The notes under the pieces were generated by a model. It did not search any database. It saw nothing but the letters and a program-made list of their open reading frames with translations, and had not been told where the DNA came from. This document shows, in pieces, positions 28,024 through 41,109 of a stretch of DNA of 64,000 nucleotides (position 1 is its first letter; the number at the start of each line of letters is the position of its first letter). Position numbers and translations under genes: made by a program. The stretch covers positions 61,628,001 through 61,692,000 of the forward strand of contig OZ360239.1 of NCBI GenBank assembly GCA_977017645.1. The letters run 5' to 3'. The stretch is from Torpedo marmorata (Eukaryota).

Positions 28024-29745
28024 TTTTATTACATGACAATAAATATGATCTGATTTACAGATGTATCCCTTCATTCTTTCCTTCCTGAACCACAAGCTTG
28101 AACCTATCTTAATTGGTCATTTTCCCTCATGTCCTTTTTCAGCTCTTTCCCCACCCCCCCCACCCCAGGAACCACCTCTTTCCTGTGATACCATTTCCAC
28201 CAAGCAGTTGACCAACCGAAGTTCCCTTCCTCATCCACACATTACCTTACATTTTCATCTTCCTCAGGTGATCAAATCTGCTGTCACTGTGTTCAAGGAA
28301 AAATTGCAACTTCTCTGCCCTTGCTAATTAATCACCCTAACATCAGATCTTTATGGTATTCCTCACGAGGACACCCAGAACATCACTTTCAAAGAAGTTC
28401 TATCACTTACACTGCCACTGAAATAATCTTGAGCACCTCACAAAAATAAGAATGGGGGTCACTTTACAGCATGCTCCAGATCCCATTTTCTTCTTGCCTT
28501 TTCTTCTCTTCCAAACAATTTTGAAGAAGTCTAGTCTGGTGCTCAACTGTTTCACCAGGTTTAAGTACTGCCCAACTGATGACTTTAACTAGAATTTTGA
28601 AATGTACTATGAAATTCTGAATGACTGCTTGACATGATAATATTCCCATAACTATTGTGAATCATGCAGTCAGAATCAAAACTTTATTGTTAAACAGAGA
28701 TAACACCTCTTTACAGTGTACCAAACACAATTTATAATAATTCACCTCAATAAAGAAAATAATCCAAATTCAATAACAGTATTTGAAGCAATACAAAATA
28801 GAAAAGCTTAATTTGAAATAACATAGGTACTGGAAAAGGTCAGCACGTTAGTTAATACCTGTATAGTAAAAATGAACATTTCAGACATTCTGATAAAGCT
28901 CATATACTTGACACATTTCTTGATCCACGGGCTAAGCATTTCAATATTTGATGAACATTCAGGGCTTTAACACAGGAACATCATTGACCAGTGGCTTAAT
29001 TAGATCAACCACAAATAACAAGTGCAAAACTAAGGCTGAGTACACTGCAAGAACCTACTCCATTTGCAAGGTATATAGTCTCCAGTTGTTTGGGTGAGTG
29101 CAACTCCAATAGCATTCAGAGAAATTAGCTTACTTCACTGGAACCTCGTTCATCAGCTTATACACTCCTTTGTGCATCAACTGAACACTGCTGCAATACA
29201 TTTATCTAAAAGACCCGTGCTAACGTTTTTTTTCCCATTGCACTTCCTAATCTTGCCATTTCTATCTATAACGCTTATGATAAAAGTCCTGCATGGTAGG
29301 TTAGTCCAGAATATTGAATTGGATCCAAAATTGGCTGGGTATCAGGAGGCAGTGGTAGTGGTGATTGGGTATTTTTTTCTGACTGGAAATCAGTAACAAG
29401 TGGTAGATACTGGGATATTTGTCATTATAAAAGTTACTCTGTAAGAATGTAGTATGGGTATGATTACTAAGTTTATATTGTGGCAATTTAATTTTTACTG
29501 TCGTATTTTGTGCGCCTTACCTACCTGCTTGGCTGCAGCAAATAATTTCAGAGCATCTGTACACTGTACTTATGTATAGGAGAAACTCACATTAACATAA
29601 TGACACATTGAATGAAGCATTGAAAGAAACAGACAAGGAAAGCACTGTTGCATCACATTTTTCAAAAAATGTTTTTGAGATGCAGTCCTTCATGACTTCT
29701 ACAATTAACACCTGTAACAAGAAATAATATAAAAACCATACTTAC

Positions 29746-29790
29746 AGGTTGTATATTTTGTAATGGTTTTTATGTTTTACATCCAGAAAC
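29746..29790 (-). CDS. PTEN: PTEN-family coding exon 3 (45 bp)
   Basis: tag|G TTT CTG GAT...AAC CT|gtaagt, translating to (K)FLDVKHKNHYKIYN(L). It is 45 bp as in PTEN and phase-compatible with exons 2 and 4. Confidence 0.97.
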
Positions 29791-31459
29791 CTAGGTTAAG
29801 ACAAAAAAAGAATTAGGCTTGACAAAATGATATTCCTCAAAATCCAATCTTTGGAATTTTACTCTTCAAATAACCGGTTGGAAAATTAAGCTCAGTTAAT
29901 TTTGTTTGCAATGTATCTCAACATTGTGTTTACCAATGTAGGTAATTTAGATCACATTTGCTATATTGAAGTCACTACCAGCAATGATGGGATTTTACTA
30001 CCACAAAAAATTAAACTCAATGTCAAACAATTCTATTAATCATAGAGAGATGTGCAGAAAGATAAGGTTTTACAACAATTCAATATATTTGCAAAGCGAC
30101 GTATCCTATGTATGCGTAGAAATATAGAAATCTAATTTTTATTCATGTGAGCTATTCAGCATCTTGATGCATCTAAGAATAACATTAACATCAAGGAAAA
30201 CTAGTTATTGAGATGTTGGAAATCTGAAATAAGAACTGCAATATTCACCGGGTCACGCTGCATCCATGGAGAGAAACAATATTTAACATTTCAAATATCC
30301 ATCATCTGGACTGGAAAGTATGTTAGAAATGTGATAACTTCTCAAGTATAGAGACAAAAAGTGAGACAGGGATTAGGTCAGTTGTACAGCACAGAACAGG
30401 CCCTTCTGACCAACTTGTCTGTGCTGACCAAGTTGGCATTCCAGTTTAGTCCTATTTGCCTGCATTTGGTCCCAATCCTTCTAAACCCATCCTATCCATA
30501 CATCTGTCCAAATATCTTTTTGTTGAAATTGTACCTGCTTCGATAGTTTCCTCTGGCTGCTCATTCCACAAACGAAAAAAGAAACATTTTGATGGCCTTG
30601 AGGGATTAAATAGTTAAAATTTGGTGCATGATAAAAATGAGTGGACAATAGGACAAAAAAGTTTAAAATGGAAGCAATAGAACGTTGCTTGAATGAATGA
30701 TCACAATAGTTACGATAACTATTAAATGCAGAATTCTCCAATGAAAACCTGAGATAGCACTCCAAGAGTGCCTTCATTGGAGCAGTGCAAGACGCAGATA
30801 ATATAATGTGGAAGTGATCTGGAGAATTATTAACGGTAATGTCAATCCACAATACGCATTCAACCCACATCCTGTAGTCTTGATTGACAATACTGGAGAA
30901 CCGAATCATTTGCACATCAATATCCTCAGAGATAATCAAAATACTACAAGCCAATGGCAATTTTCTTTCTGGTCTAGAACCAACAAAGCCTACAATATGC
31001 TATCCTCAAAAACTTGCTCACCAAAGCTAAACCATGTAGTATTTGTGGAAGGTGCTCCAATGGCTTAGCAAGATGTTACATTCTGGCATGCAGTTGTGAT
31101 AAATGGCCAGTAATATGATTAAGAGTGGATCCCAGATTCAACAAAGTTTAGTTTTGGAACCACCTCTTTCCATTATTTTTTATTAATACCTTTAATGTAG
31201 ATGTTAAGAAATGGTTGCAAGTTTTCACACTACATTTATGTTTGTTCAGACTACAAAACGAGCAAAGGAGATTCTGGAAAATAATGGGCCAAACTCCTGC
31301 AGTCACGAAATGCAAATTACCAAATTAAAACAGATCAACATTAAGGAACCTCAGCATTTCAGATTTTCCAAATGCTCCTGAACAAAAAAATGCATTATCC
31401 TTCACCCATAAAAAGGTGCAATGTCAGCAAACTCAAGCAAGTGCAGGTGTTGGACTTTG

Positions 31460-32170
31460 CTAGGTTAAACTAGGGCTGGTCTTGCAAGGAGAATGGTGGA
31501 GTTCTGGAGAGCGCATTATAGAACAGAGAGATCTGGGGTACAGATGCATGGTTCCATGAAAGGGCAACTCGGGTGGACAGGGTGATGAAGGCAGCGTTGG
31601 TATGCTTGCCTTCATCAGTCAGGCTACTGAATACAGGAGCAAGGACTTCGTGTTACAATGATAGAATTTGTTGATAAGATTCCACTTGGAGTATTGTTTG
31701 CAGTTCTGGTCACCCAGCAATAGGAAAGATATTATGTTGAAAAGGGTGCAGAGAAGATTCATGAGAATGGGATTGGTGGGCTTGAATTGTCAGGTGAGGC
31801 TGGTACATTTCTCCCTGGAGCATAGGAGGCTAAGGCGGGAACTTGGAGGTTTATAAAATGAGGGGCACAGAAAGGTAACTAGCTATTTTCCTAGGGTAGG
31901 GAAATCTAAATCTAGAGGGAATAGATTTAAGGTGAGAGATTTAAAAGTGAGCTGAAGGGCACCTTCATCACACAGAAGGAAGTGGATTAATGGAATGCTG
32001 AAAGAGAAAGTGGTGGAAACAGAAATAATTGTATCATTCAAAAGACATTTAGATAAGTACATGGATAGGAAAGATTTGAGAGGAATCTGAGCCGAAGAGG
32101 GGCCAATGGGATCAGCATGGGCAAGTTAGGCCAAAAGGACTGTTTCTGTGCTGTTGAACTCAACGAATCT
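31460..32170 (+). mobile_element. CR1/HER1-type LINE 3' fragment
   Basis: LIRFHLEYCLQFWSP..RKDI..KRVQRRF.RM motif and a CR1 3' tail. Confidence 0.85.
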
Positions 32171-35094
32171 AAAAAAAATTTCAGATAATTAATCTCCTGA
32201 ATCATCCAAAAGCATTCCCAGTCAAGGATATTAGCATGAGATAGCAGTTGATGCTTCTTTTAATATCTAATTTGCAGATTTCTTTCTTCATTTGTTATAC
32301 CACATATAACAAAAATCACTCAGGGAAAACTTCAGCACCTTAGTTTTGGACCTATAAATTCAATTTAAAAGATGCAATTGATCTTTCAATTTTAATCTTG
32401 GAAACGTGCTGATCCCTTCAGTTCCACTTCAGTTCATTGATACATCTTTGGCCATAAGAACATAATTGCAAATTCCCTGCATGAAGTTGTATCAGTAAAC
32501 ATTTGTCACTGTCATGCTCGGTCAAATTATTCAATGAACTTGGTGTCTCCTGATTGTGAATAACTAATTTTCTTTTGCTTTTAGAACTTGTCAACTTGCC
32601 CTAAACAAACAGACCATGACTTATCCTCTATATAAATTAATTTTAGAGGTTGGGCAATTCTCCAGCCAGCAAAGTCACAATTTAGTGCTATACTATTTGG
32701 TCATTAATTACGCCAGTGATTGAAACTATGCAGTATTTAAAGGCATACTACCCCATTTAGTTTGCACTGAATAATGTTTAGCTGAGAGAACAAATTCTCC
32801 ACCAAAATAAACAAACCAATAATCAGTTTATTTTTTTGCGGCACTTTCTCACATAGCCAGATGGAAGACACTTGGCTTCTCTTGTGGGTATGGGCATAAG
32901 GCTCAGGAGGAACATAACTTGCAGGTAGCGTGCAAACTTGCCTACAAAGATATCAACATTGCATGTTTTAGTTAGGATAGGACCACTCCAGAATGAGAAC
33001 AATACAACCCTTTAGTTCACCTGTATTTTGTAGTCATCTCTTATAGTCTTGCTGCTCCTGAGCAGAGTGGGCAGTTAATCATCAACCACAGGTATTATAA
33101 ATCTGGAGTTAGTCAAAGAGAACAGAATTCTTGCCTGAAAAGGCAATTGTGAACCAGATCGGTTTTTAACGACAACCTGCAATTGCTAATGCTACTTTTT
33201 CAAAAAATAGCCTTTTATTTAATTGACTGAATTTAAATCAATATATGGCACATTTAAATTATTAAACACAACATATACCCAGTTAAATTTCCAAGGAGAA
33301 CTCCAAGAGGCTTTTGCACAACAGGCATCCAGGATGCAAAGGTCCAATGTGGTCTGGAGACGACAGTAAGAGGAGATGAATCGATAAATTCTAGAGACAG
33401 CAGATCACATTGATATTCTGATATTATGGCTAAGAATAGTTTTGATCTGGGATACAGTTGGAAATTGTAAAATTATTTTTCCCATGGTAAAATGTTGGTG
33501 GGGAAGGGCGTTTAAGATGTGGGGATCAAGTCTTGCATAACATGGAGAGTGGCGAGTGTCTGGAATGGGCCAAGATGGGTAGTGGTGGAAGCAGATATAA
33601 TAGAAGCATTTAAGAGGCTTCCAGAGACACACAAAATATGCAGGGAATAGACATGTGTTCAGTTTTTCTTCAACCTATGCTTCATGTTCGGCACTGACAT
33701 CATGGCCGAAGAGCCTGCTCCTGTGATGCACTGTTCTATGTTGTTAACTATGAAGAATTCGTTGATCTAACCCAAGAGGGAGCGGCAAAAGTTTTGTTCT
33801 AATTCAGAGACTTTGCAATAAGGCATCAAAAAAAACAAATTTTATTGAAAGGCAAACTGACAACACTACACATGGTGATGAAATACAGGCATGAGATCAT
33901 TTACAACAGTACCCAAATATTTCTATCTACCCCCCACCCCAAAATAAATCAGGCTATACTTTTCTATTGGTGCATGAAGGACAGTTAAAAGTGTGCGACA
34001 TTTTGGATTGAGCTTTTCGTCATTTGCCATATCAAGTATCAAACTGTACTTTACATTGGATTGCTGGGGAAAACATTCTTCCACCAGTTTTCCAATAAAC
34101 TCCTGCAGCAATGCACAAGAAATATGTTGCAGAAAAAAGATATTTGCACAAACGTGGAAAAACAGCAGACATTATAGACCAGATTATGCTCATCAGCATT
34201 ATATTGATTCCAAACTGGCTAATTTACAGCATCAAGGAATATGCCTTAAAAGAACTTCAACTTGGAGGACAGTTATGTCAAGTCAACCTCACGACCACAA
34301 GCCAGGTTTGAGTCCACTAATACAACCCCACCTTATTTGTCTTAACCATGCTTTATTAATCTTTGATAATCAACTATTTCAACTCTCTTCTGGGAAAGCT
34401 CACATTTTATGTTGTCCACCATCTTCAATTCATGAAAGATACTGCTGCTGGCAATACTCAAACCCACAACTTGTTCTATTCCCCAAAGCTCTGCTCTTCT
34501 GATCCATCAACAATTCAATTTATAGTTATTCTTTCTTTCATATCCCTCCATTATTTATTTTTTCCCAAGAGCCTTCTCGACCACATAATCCGTCAAGTAC
34601 TGTTTTTTCATGACTAGTGCCTATCCCTTAGTCAATCTCGGCTCTGCATCTCAAATTTTCCCATGAATCAGTCTTCCACTCATTATGTTAAAAGCAACTT
34701 TTGTCAGTCAAGCTTTGAGTTACATATTATGTCCTATTAAGTGCCATTTAACAACACTGAAAGTATAGTGCAAATGCAATTAATTGATACACAGCTTAGA
34801 AAGCCAAGACTCAAGTCCTGATACAACACCATAGGCTTGCATAGAGATATTGTGTGCCATGTGAAAATTAAAGCACCTTATACATTTATTTGGAACAAAA
34901 TAAACACGCTGATCAATTTTAAAGATGCAATTCATGTTTCCCCCATCTCTGCCCAAAATGTGAAATTTGCAAAACTTCCAGCTTGAAACCAGTCTTGTCA
35001 ATGATTTCATCAGTTTTATAAAATATTCTAGTTTTCCTAGAGCAATTTTTGTCTGACAAGTGAGAAGTTATGAATGACAGATTTGCTATGAGAA

Positions 35095-36815
35095 GCTAAG
35101 TGGTGTCATGCCAACAACCTTGTGCTCAACGTTAGCAAAACCAAGGAGATGATTGTGGACTTCAGGAGGAAGTCAAGAGAACACGATGCAGTCCTCAATG
35201 AGGGCTCAGTAGGGGAGAGGTCAAGAACTTCAAATTCTAAATGAATTAGAATTATTAGTTACTAATGGAGATGTTAATAAATTTATTTCTCAAATGTATA
35301 AATTGTTTCAGAGGAAAATGCCTAAAGTAGGACTGCATAAATCAAGATTAAAATGGGAATTAGATTTGAATGTAAATATAGATGAAAATCATTGGAAAGA
35401 ATTATGTAAATTAAGTATGACGAAGATTATCAACGTTAGATATAGACTAGTTCAATATAATTTTTTTCATCAATTATATTTAACACCTAAAAAATTAAAG
35501 AAATTTAATCCGGCATTATCAGGTTTATGTTTTAGATGTAATAAAGAGGAAGGGTCTTTTGTACATTGTACATGGTTTTGTCCAAAAGTTTATGATTTTT
35601 GGTTGAAAGTTAAAAAATTTTTAGATAAAGTATTTAAGATTACATTTCCAATGGATCCTATGATATTTTTGTTTGGAGATATTAAAAAAATTAGTATTAA
35701 GAAGAAATTAAATATGTATCAAGTAGAATTTTTGCAAATTGCTTTAGCTGTTTCAAAGAAATGCATTGCTATTACTTGGAAATCTGATTTAGATTTAGGA
35801 TTAGAAAGATGGCATGCAGAACTTCGTTCGTGTATACCACTTGAAAAAATTACTTATAATTTACGTAATAAATATCATTTTTTCTTAAAAATTTGGAGCC
35901 CATATATGAAAGCTGTTGGTTTAAGGATTTGAAGATCTCTGGATATCGGATCTACTGGCACACTTGACCTCCATAATAGAGTTAGTTTATAGATGGCATT
36001 CCCCTTACTCTATCTTTTTCTTTCTTTCTTTTTTCTATCTTTACTTTTTATTTTATTTTTACTAGATTAGTGGGGGTGGGGGGGTTGGGGAGGGGAGGGA
36101 GGGATGGGGGGAGAAAATGTATCACAAATAATTTGATAATTTTATATTCTATTTTATGTATTTTGTGATTAAAATTTTTAAATAAAATATTTTAAAAAAA
36201 AGAACTTCAAATTCTTGGGTGTCAACATCTCCAAGGATCTGTCCTGGAGCCTCCATGTCGATGCAATCACGAAGAAGGCTCGCCAGCGGCTATACTTTGT
36301 AAGGTATTTGAGGAGATTCGGTACGTCACAGAAGACTCTCGAAAACTTCTACAGGTGTACCGTGGAGAGCATTCTGGCTGGTTGCATCACTGTCTGGTAC
36401 AGAGGTGCCAACACTCAGGACAAGAAAAAACTCGAGGGTTGTTAACTCGGCCTGCGACATCACAGGCACCAGACTTCACTCCATCGAAGACATCTACAAG
36501 AGGCTGTGTCTTAAGAAAGCAGCCTCAATCCTCAAGGACCCCCACCACCCAGGCCATGCCCTCTTCACTCTGCTACCATCGGGAAAAAAGTACAGGAGCC
36601 TAAAGACGAGCCCTCAGCGGCACAAGGTCAGCTTCTTCCCCGCTGCCATCAGATTCCTGAACGATCAATGAACTAAAGACACTGCCTTACTTTGATTTTT
36701 CGTGCACTATTTAATTTATTGTTGTATGGTAGTTTATATAAATGTTTGCACTGTGATGCTGCCGCAAAACAACAAATTTTGTGACTTGTTCATGACAATA
36801 AATTCTGATTCTGAT
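35095..36815 (+). mobile_element. Rex1/Babar-clade LINE 3' fragment interrupted by an L1
   Basis: Same subfamily as 23238-24102; the sequence is continuous across the L1 insertion. Confidence 0.9.
35239..36199 (+). mobile_element. Young AT-rich L1-clade LINE, 5'-truncated
   Basis: Nearly identical to about 26309-27268. 16-bp TSD AAGAACTTCAAATTCT at 35223-35238 and 36200-36215. Confidence 0.95.
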
Positions 36816-37547
36816 CTTTAAATTGATCTAGCCAGCAATAGTACAAAAGAGGATCAGTGATAGTGGAGAAGTATAGCATATTCTCCACTGTATAGGGTCA
36901 AGAAACACATGACTATCAATTGCAAAGTATTTGTCCATTGATGTGCTTGGTGTGAAGCAGCAGACCAGCAGTGTGAAAAGCATTGGAAGGTGTTTGAAAC
37001 TGTGGGGTGTGTATTTTAGTAAAGCGATACGATTGCACTGGACAACGAAGATTTTGCTTCCTGAATAATTTTGGGTGTATTTTATGGATTTTGGGCTGCT
37101 GATCACAAAAATCACCCTAAATTTTTCTTATCACGTACTGTTCTTTAGATATGACAGGAAATCACAAAAATAGATTATACTTTTAACATGCTTCAAGCAT
37201 ACAAAACCATGGTCCAACATGTCATTGAAAATTCATTTTCTGCATTTGCACTTCTTCCCTGCTTATCTTGCTGCAGGGAGTGACGAACATGGTGAAAGGT
37301 TTCACCAGGACATTGCAACCATGGAAAAGCAGTATCAGGGCAACTGGAATCCATCAATGTTGGCCAACGAGAGGCATCACATGCTGAGTATAAATGAAAA
37401 TCAGCAGCAAAATATTTTTAGGTCAGTTGAACTAACGCAATGTGTCAGCATCATTATGCGATTAAATTAACTTTTATTGAATTTAGTATGTTTAGTGTTT
37501 CACCAACTTCCTTCGTGATACAACAAATCTGAAATTATCTTTGTGTC

Positions 37548-40056
37548 ACAGGGTGGTTTTGCTTTACATAATTTCAGGAATTATTATTGGGCTGCTAACA
37601 TTAAATTTATTAATATTTGGATACATTTTAAGAATTATCAAGAAAGTTTTAAATGGATGAAATCAGAAATGAAGGTTATAGGTAAACATTCGTTAGTATC
37701 CATATTAGGAATGCCTTCACCCTTTAAATATTCCAAAATTTCTAATAACAAGATAGTTAAACAAATGTTAAAAATATGGTTCCAATTCAGAAAAGCAAAT
37801 AATTTCCTTAATTTCTTGCTTGATCGTACAATAAATTTCAATACCTTTTTTACCCCAGCTAGTGGGGATAGAGGGTTCCAGATTTGGCAAGATCACGGTA
37901 TATGTTCATTTAAAAACTTGTTTATAGATTCTAATTTTATTACTTTTGAACAATTGGTTAATAAGTATAACTTATCTAGAAACAATTATTTTAGATAGTT
38001 TCAAGTTAGGAATTTTATAAATTCTTTGAGATTGGAGTTTCCTTTAGATTTAAAGTTAGAAAAGGTTTTTACTATCACTCCTGATATACCAAAACCATTG
38101 TCAGTATTTCAAGATTCAAGATTCAATTTATTGTCACAGCAATAAGACAGTGTCATATACCACGAAATTTCTTTTTGCCTGCTGCAAAGCAGACAGATTC
38201 GCCACCGGCAGAAATTGCCCAAGCGCCTCTAACATTCCTTACAGTCAGAGAAAGAGAAGCAAAAGAGAGTCCCCCCAAAGTCACCGAGTGTCCATAGATT
38301 CGCCTCCAGCGCTTCCACAGCCACACAGAGTCCAGTCCAAACGATCGGCATCCTGAGCTCCAGATCTGAACCTCCAACACGGTCAGGTCGCCCTCGGCAC
38401 CCCCTCACATCCCGGGTTCCGATACCTGGTACTCCTCCAACCAGTTCGAGCCAACCTCCAGCAGTCCGCAGCCCGTCGTGAGTCCCCCGACAGCAGTCTC
38501 CAGCAGTCCACAGCCTCCGCGGGTTCCTCGCCTCGAGTCGCCAGCAGCCCACTGCATGCACTGGTCCTTCAGCCTCAGAGCCCCTCACCAGTCCGCCGCT
38601 GCGCTCACCGTCCCGTGGGTCGTCTCCTCCGCTTCTCCTTCTCAGACGGGGGTGATCTTCCCGTCCACTGGTGCCCTGCTCCAGTCCCCCGCTTCCCCGG
38701 AGTCTGCAGCCCCTCGTGGCTGCTGCCGATTAATAGGCGCTGCCATCTTGGGCGCAGACCCCGCGGTCGCGGGATCTCAAATAAAACAACCGTCGGCTCC
38801 TTTAACGGGCCGTTCAAAGCCCGTGCGGAACCTACGGCAGTCGACTGGGCGGCTGGACCCCGCGGGAGCGCTGTATCTCCACTCCCACGCTGCTCGCGGG
38901 TCCGCACCAGCAGCAGCGCTGCCGTTACAGATGCTCCGGCAGCGCCGCCATCAGTGATGTTCTTCAGCGGTTCACTGGCAGGAAGCGTCAGCTACAGGAG
39001 TCCTTGATCTGAAGTCCAAACCAGGCCAATATTCAAGTACAGGCGTTGGTGACTGGCCATATCAACCCATGAAATGCTCTATGACCTGCGAGCGCGACCG
39101 GAGAAACCGGTCACGGACGCTGCAGGTTTCCCTCGGGAAAGAAAATGAAAATGTGATACAGCATGTGGATAAAATAAAGGAGGCTTGGGAAAGAGATTTT
39201 TTAGAAGTTTTTTCACCTTCAGTGTGGTCCAATATTTTGGACCGTATCCATACCTCTTATGTGCAAGACATAATTTAATTCAATTCAAAGTAGTTCACAG
39301 AGCTCATTACTCGAAATCTTTACTGGCTAAATTTTCATCAAATATATCATCTGTGTGTGACAGATGTAATGTTCATGAAGGTACATTATTTCACATGTTT
39401 TAGTTGTGCCCTAAGTTAGTTAGATTTTGGAACTAAAGTTTTTGTACTCTTTCTTTGGTTTTAGCTACTCAATTAGATCCAAATCCACTTATTGCAATAT
39501 TTGGTATAAATGATCCTAGTAATCATGATCTTACTAATAATCAAAAACATGTGATTGCTTTTTCTTCTCTGGTTGCAATCCTCCTATATATGAAGATTGG
39601 CTATCAAGTTTAATGTCCTATTTAACATTAGAAAAGATTAGATGTTCAAATATTAAATTAAACCTAAAATGTACTAATATTTGGGGTTCCTTTATCGACT
39701 ATTATCAGAGTTTATGATTCCTCATGATTTGAAGTTATATTATTTCTACAGGTCAGTGCAATTCTGGGATGGGGGTAGGTGGTAGGCTAGTTTAGATTGC
39801 TTTAGCTTTGATTAAAAAAATGTATTATGATGAAATTACTATTTTTTTTTGTGGTTTAGTTCTTTTTATACCTATTGGTATAATACTAAATTGTAAAGAA
39901 AAAAAATTGATATATATCTGTAATGTATACTCTGTTATGGATGGATTAATGGAACATGTGATAATGCTTTTCTTTGCTTTTTTTTCTGTAAACGTATATA
40001 GTGAATGAACTGTTATATCCATGATTTTATGGAATTAATAAAGAGATTTTAAAAAA
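37548..40056 (+). mobile_element. Older L1-clade LINE 3' part, split by the 38110-39140 element
   Basis: GGFALHNFRNYYWAANI and LCARHNLIQFKVVHRAH...CDRC....GTLFHMF zinc knuckle, with stops. Confidence 0.85.
38110..39140 (-). mobile_element. GC/CpG-rich non-autonomous retroelement with a Rex1-like tail
   Basis: The minus-strand 3' end GTGACAATAAAA(TTGAATC)n resembles the Rex1 tails in this window. It has no credible ORF and is homologous to 24985-25380. Confidence 0.7.
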
Positions 40057-41109
40057 GTTGTCTATCATAATCCCCTTTTTTTCAGGAAGCAAACTTTTGG
40101 AAAAAAATTGTTGTCTAGTGTTATTACAAACTGAATTTCATACACTAAACTTGTTACCTTTGTAACAATTCTACAGCAACAATTACATTTCATGAATTTA
40201 TTAATCACACTGTCACAATGTGAGATTTTAAGTTATTGATAGGGCTGGGGATGGGGAAGAGGAAACAAGCAATGAGATGATGCTATGTTCTTTTATCAGT
40301 TCTATGACTGAATGAACATAAACTTGATTTGAAATGGAGAGGATCAAATAACCACAAATTGAAAAATGTTGATCCGTCTGTAATCTTGCAGCACAATTCA
40401 ACCATAAAAAAATAATGAATCACAATGGATAAAAATCAAATCCTACTAGAAGTGGTAAAGGCTTGTCTCTTATCTATATTTCCACTGGGGGGTTGGGGGG
40501 GGGGGTAGAGGGGAGAAAACGGGTGTGGGGTAGAAAAAGTACTACTTACCTATTGGGATTTTCATTGGACTCCACTAATTGAGAGGTAAATTGTACTCAT
40601 TGGCTAATAACCAGTTACTTTCATGGAAATGCCCACTTCCTATCCAACTTCTAATCATCTCGTTTTGCCTAAACATGGATAGCCCATGGTCAGTGCTTCA
40701 CTGTGTTGCTGCAAACCGTAGCAATTTAAATAGAATTTCAGTGGGGAAAACTAAAGTAGCAATGTGCCCAATATTTATGAAAGGCCAACACAATTCTGGT
40801 CCCCAAGACATAGCACAGTGACCAGCAAGCAACTTCTAAATGCAAAGGGGGTGGGAGGTAGCGACTGCACGAATACGAGGTCTAAGAAAAATATCATGAA
40901 TCCTTGAATGTTCAGGGTACTTTTGCTTCTTTGTCTTGTAGTGGGAATTTTAACATATTGGACCTGTACCTTCCTTGCTCAAAGTAGATTTAATTTGGTT
41001 GATTGAATTGCTGCCCTGCATTTGAAATTACCTCAAAATCAGGAAGTTGCTTCAGAGTTCAACAAACAGTTATTTTAACTACACTTCAAGATATTGCAAT
41101 TGTGTAGCT

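Larger units (their letters stand above)
24985..28055 (+). mobile_element. GC-rich non-autonomous retroelement (same family as 38110-39140) whose 3' tail hosts the 17-bp array and two L1s
   Basis: 25240-25370 is homologous to the reverse complement of about 38170-38320. The element tail resumes at 28024 (ttttattacatgacaataaa). Confidence 0.7.
37036..40120 (+). mobile_element. Chapaev3-like (CMC) DNA transposon deletion derivative with nested insertions
   Basis: Termini CACTGGACAAC / GTTGTCTAGTG, subterminal inverted TTGCTTCCTGAA / TTCAGGAAGCAA, and a transposase C-terminal remnant MSLKIHFLH..FFPA.L.A.SDEHGERFHQDIATMEKQYQGNWNPSMLA at 37219-37370. Confidence 0.75.

Noticed and set aside
29791-29805. 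TCTTAAC next to the exon 3 acceptor as a second U12 intron
   Set aside because: The intron 2 donor is GTAAGT (U2-type), a pyrimidine tract is present, and the motif is too close to the AG.
30481-31068. ORFs of 159 and 86 aa, the latter with a faint DN...NTTS resemblance to pogo transposases
   Set aside because: The similarity is too weak, with no supporting motifs or termini; treated as chance ORFs.
33993-34617. 169-aa and overlapping ORFs
   Set aside because: No recognisable domain, a non-ATG start and no convincing exon structure.
38150-39007. Cluster of overlapping ORFs on both strands (similar clusters at 5599-6090 and 53812-54154)
   Set aside because: Expected from stop-poor GC-rich repeat interiors; the translations are low-complexity.
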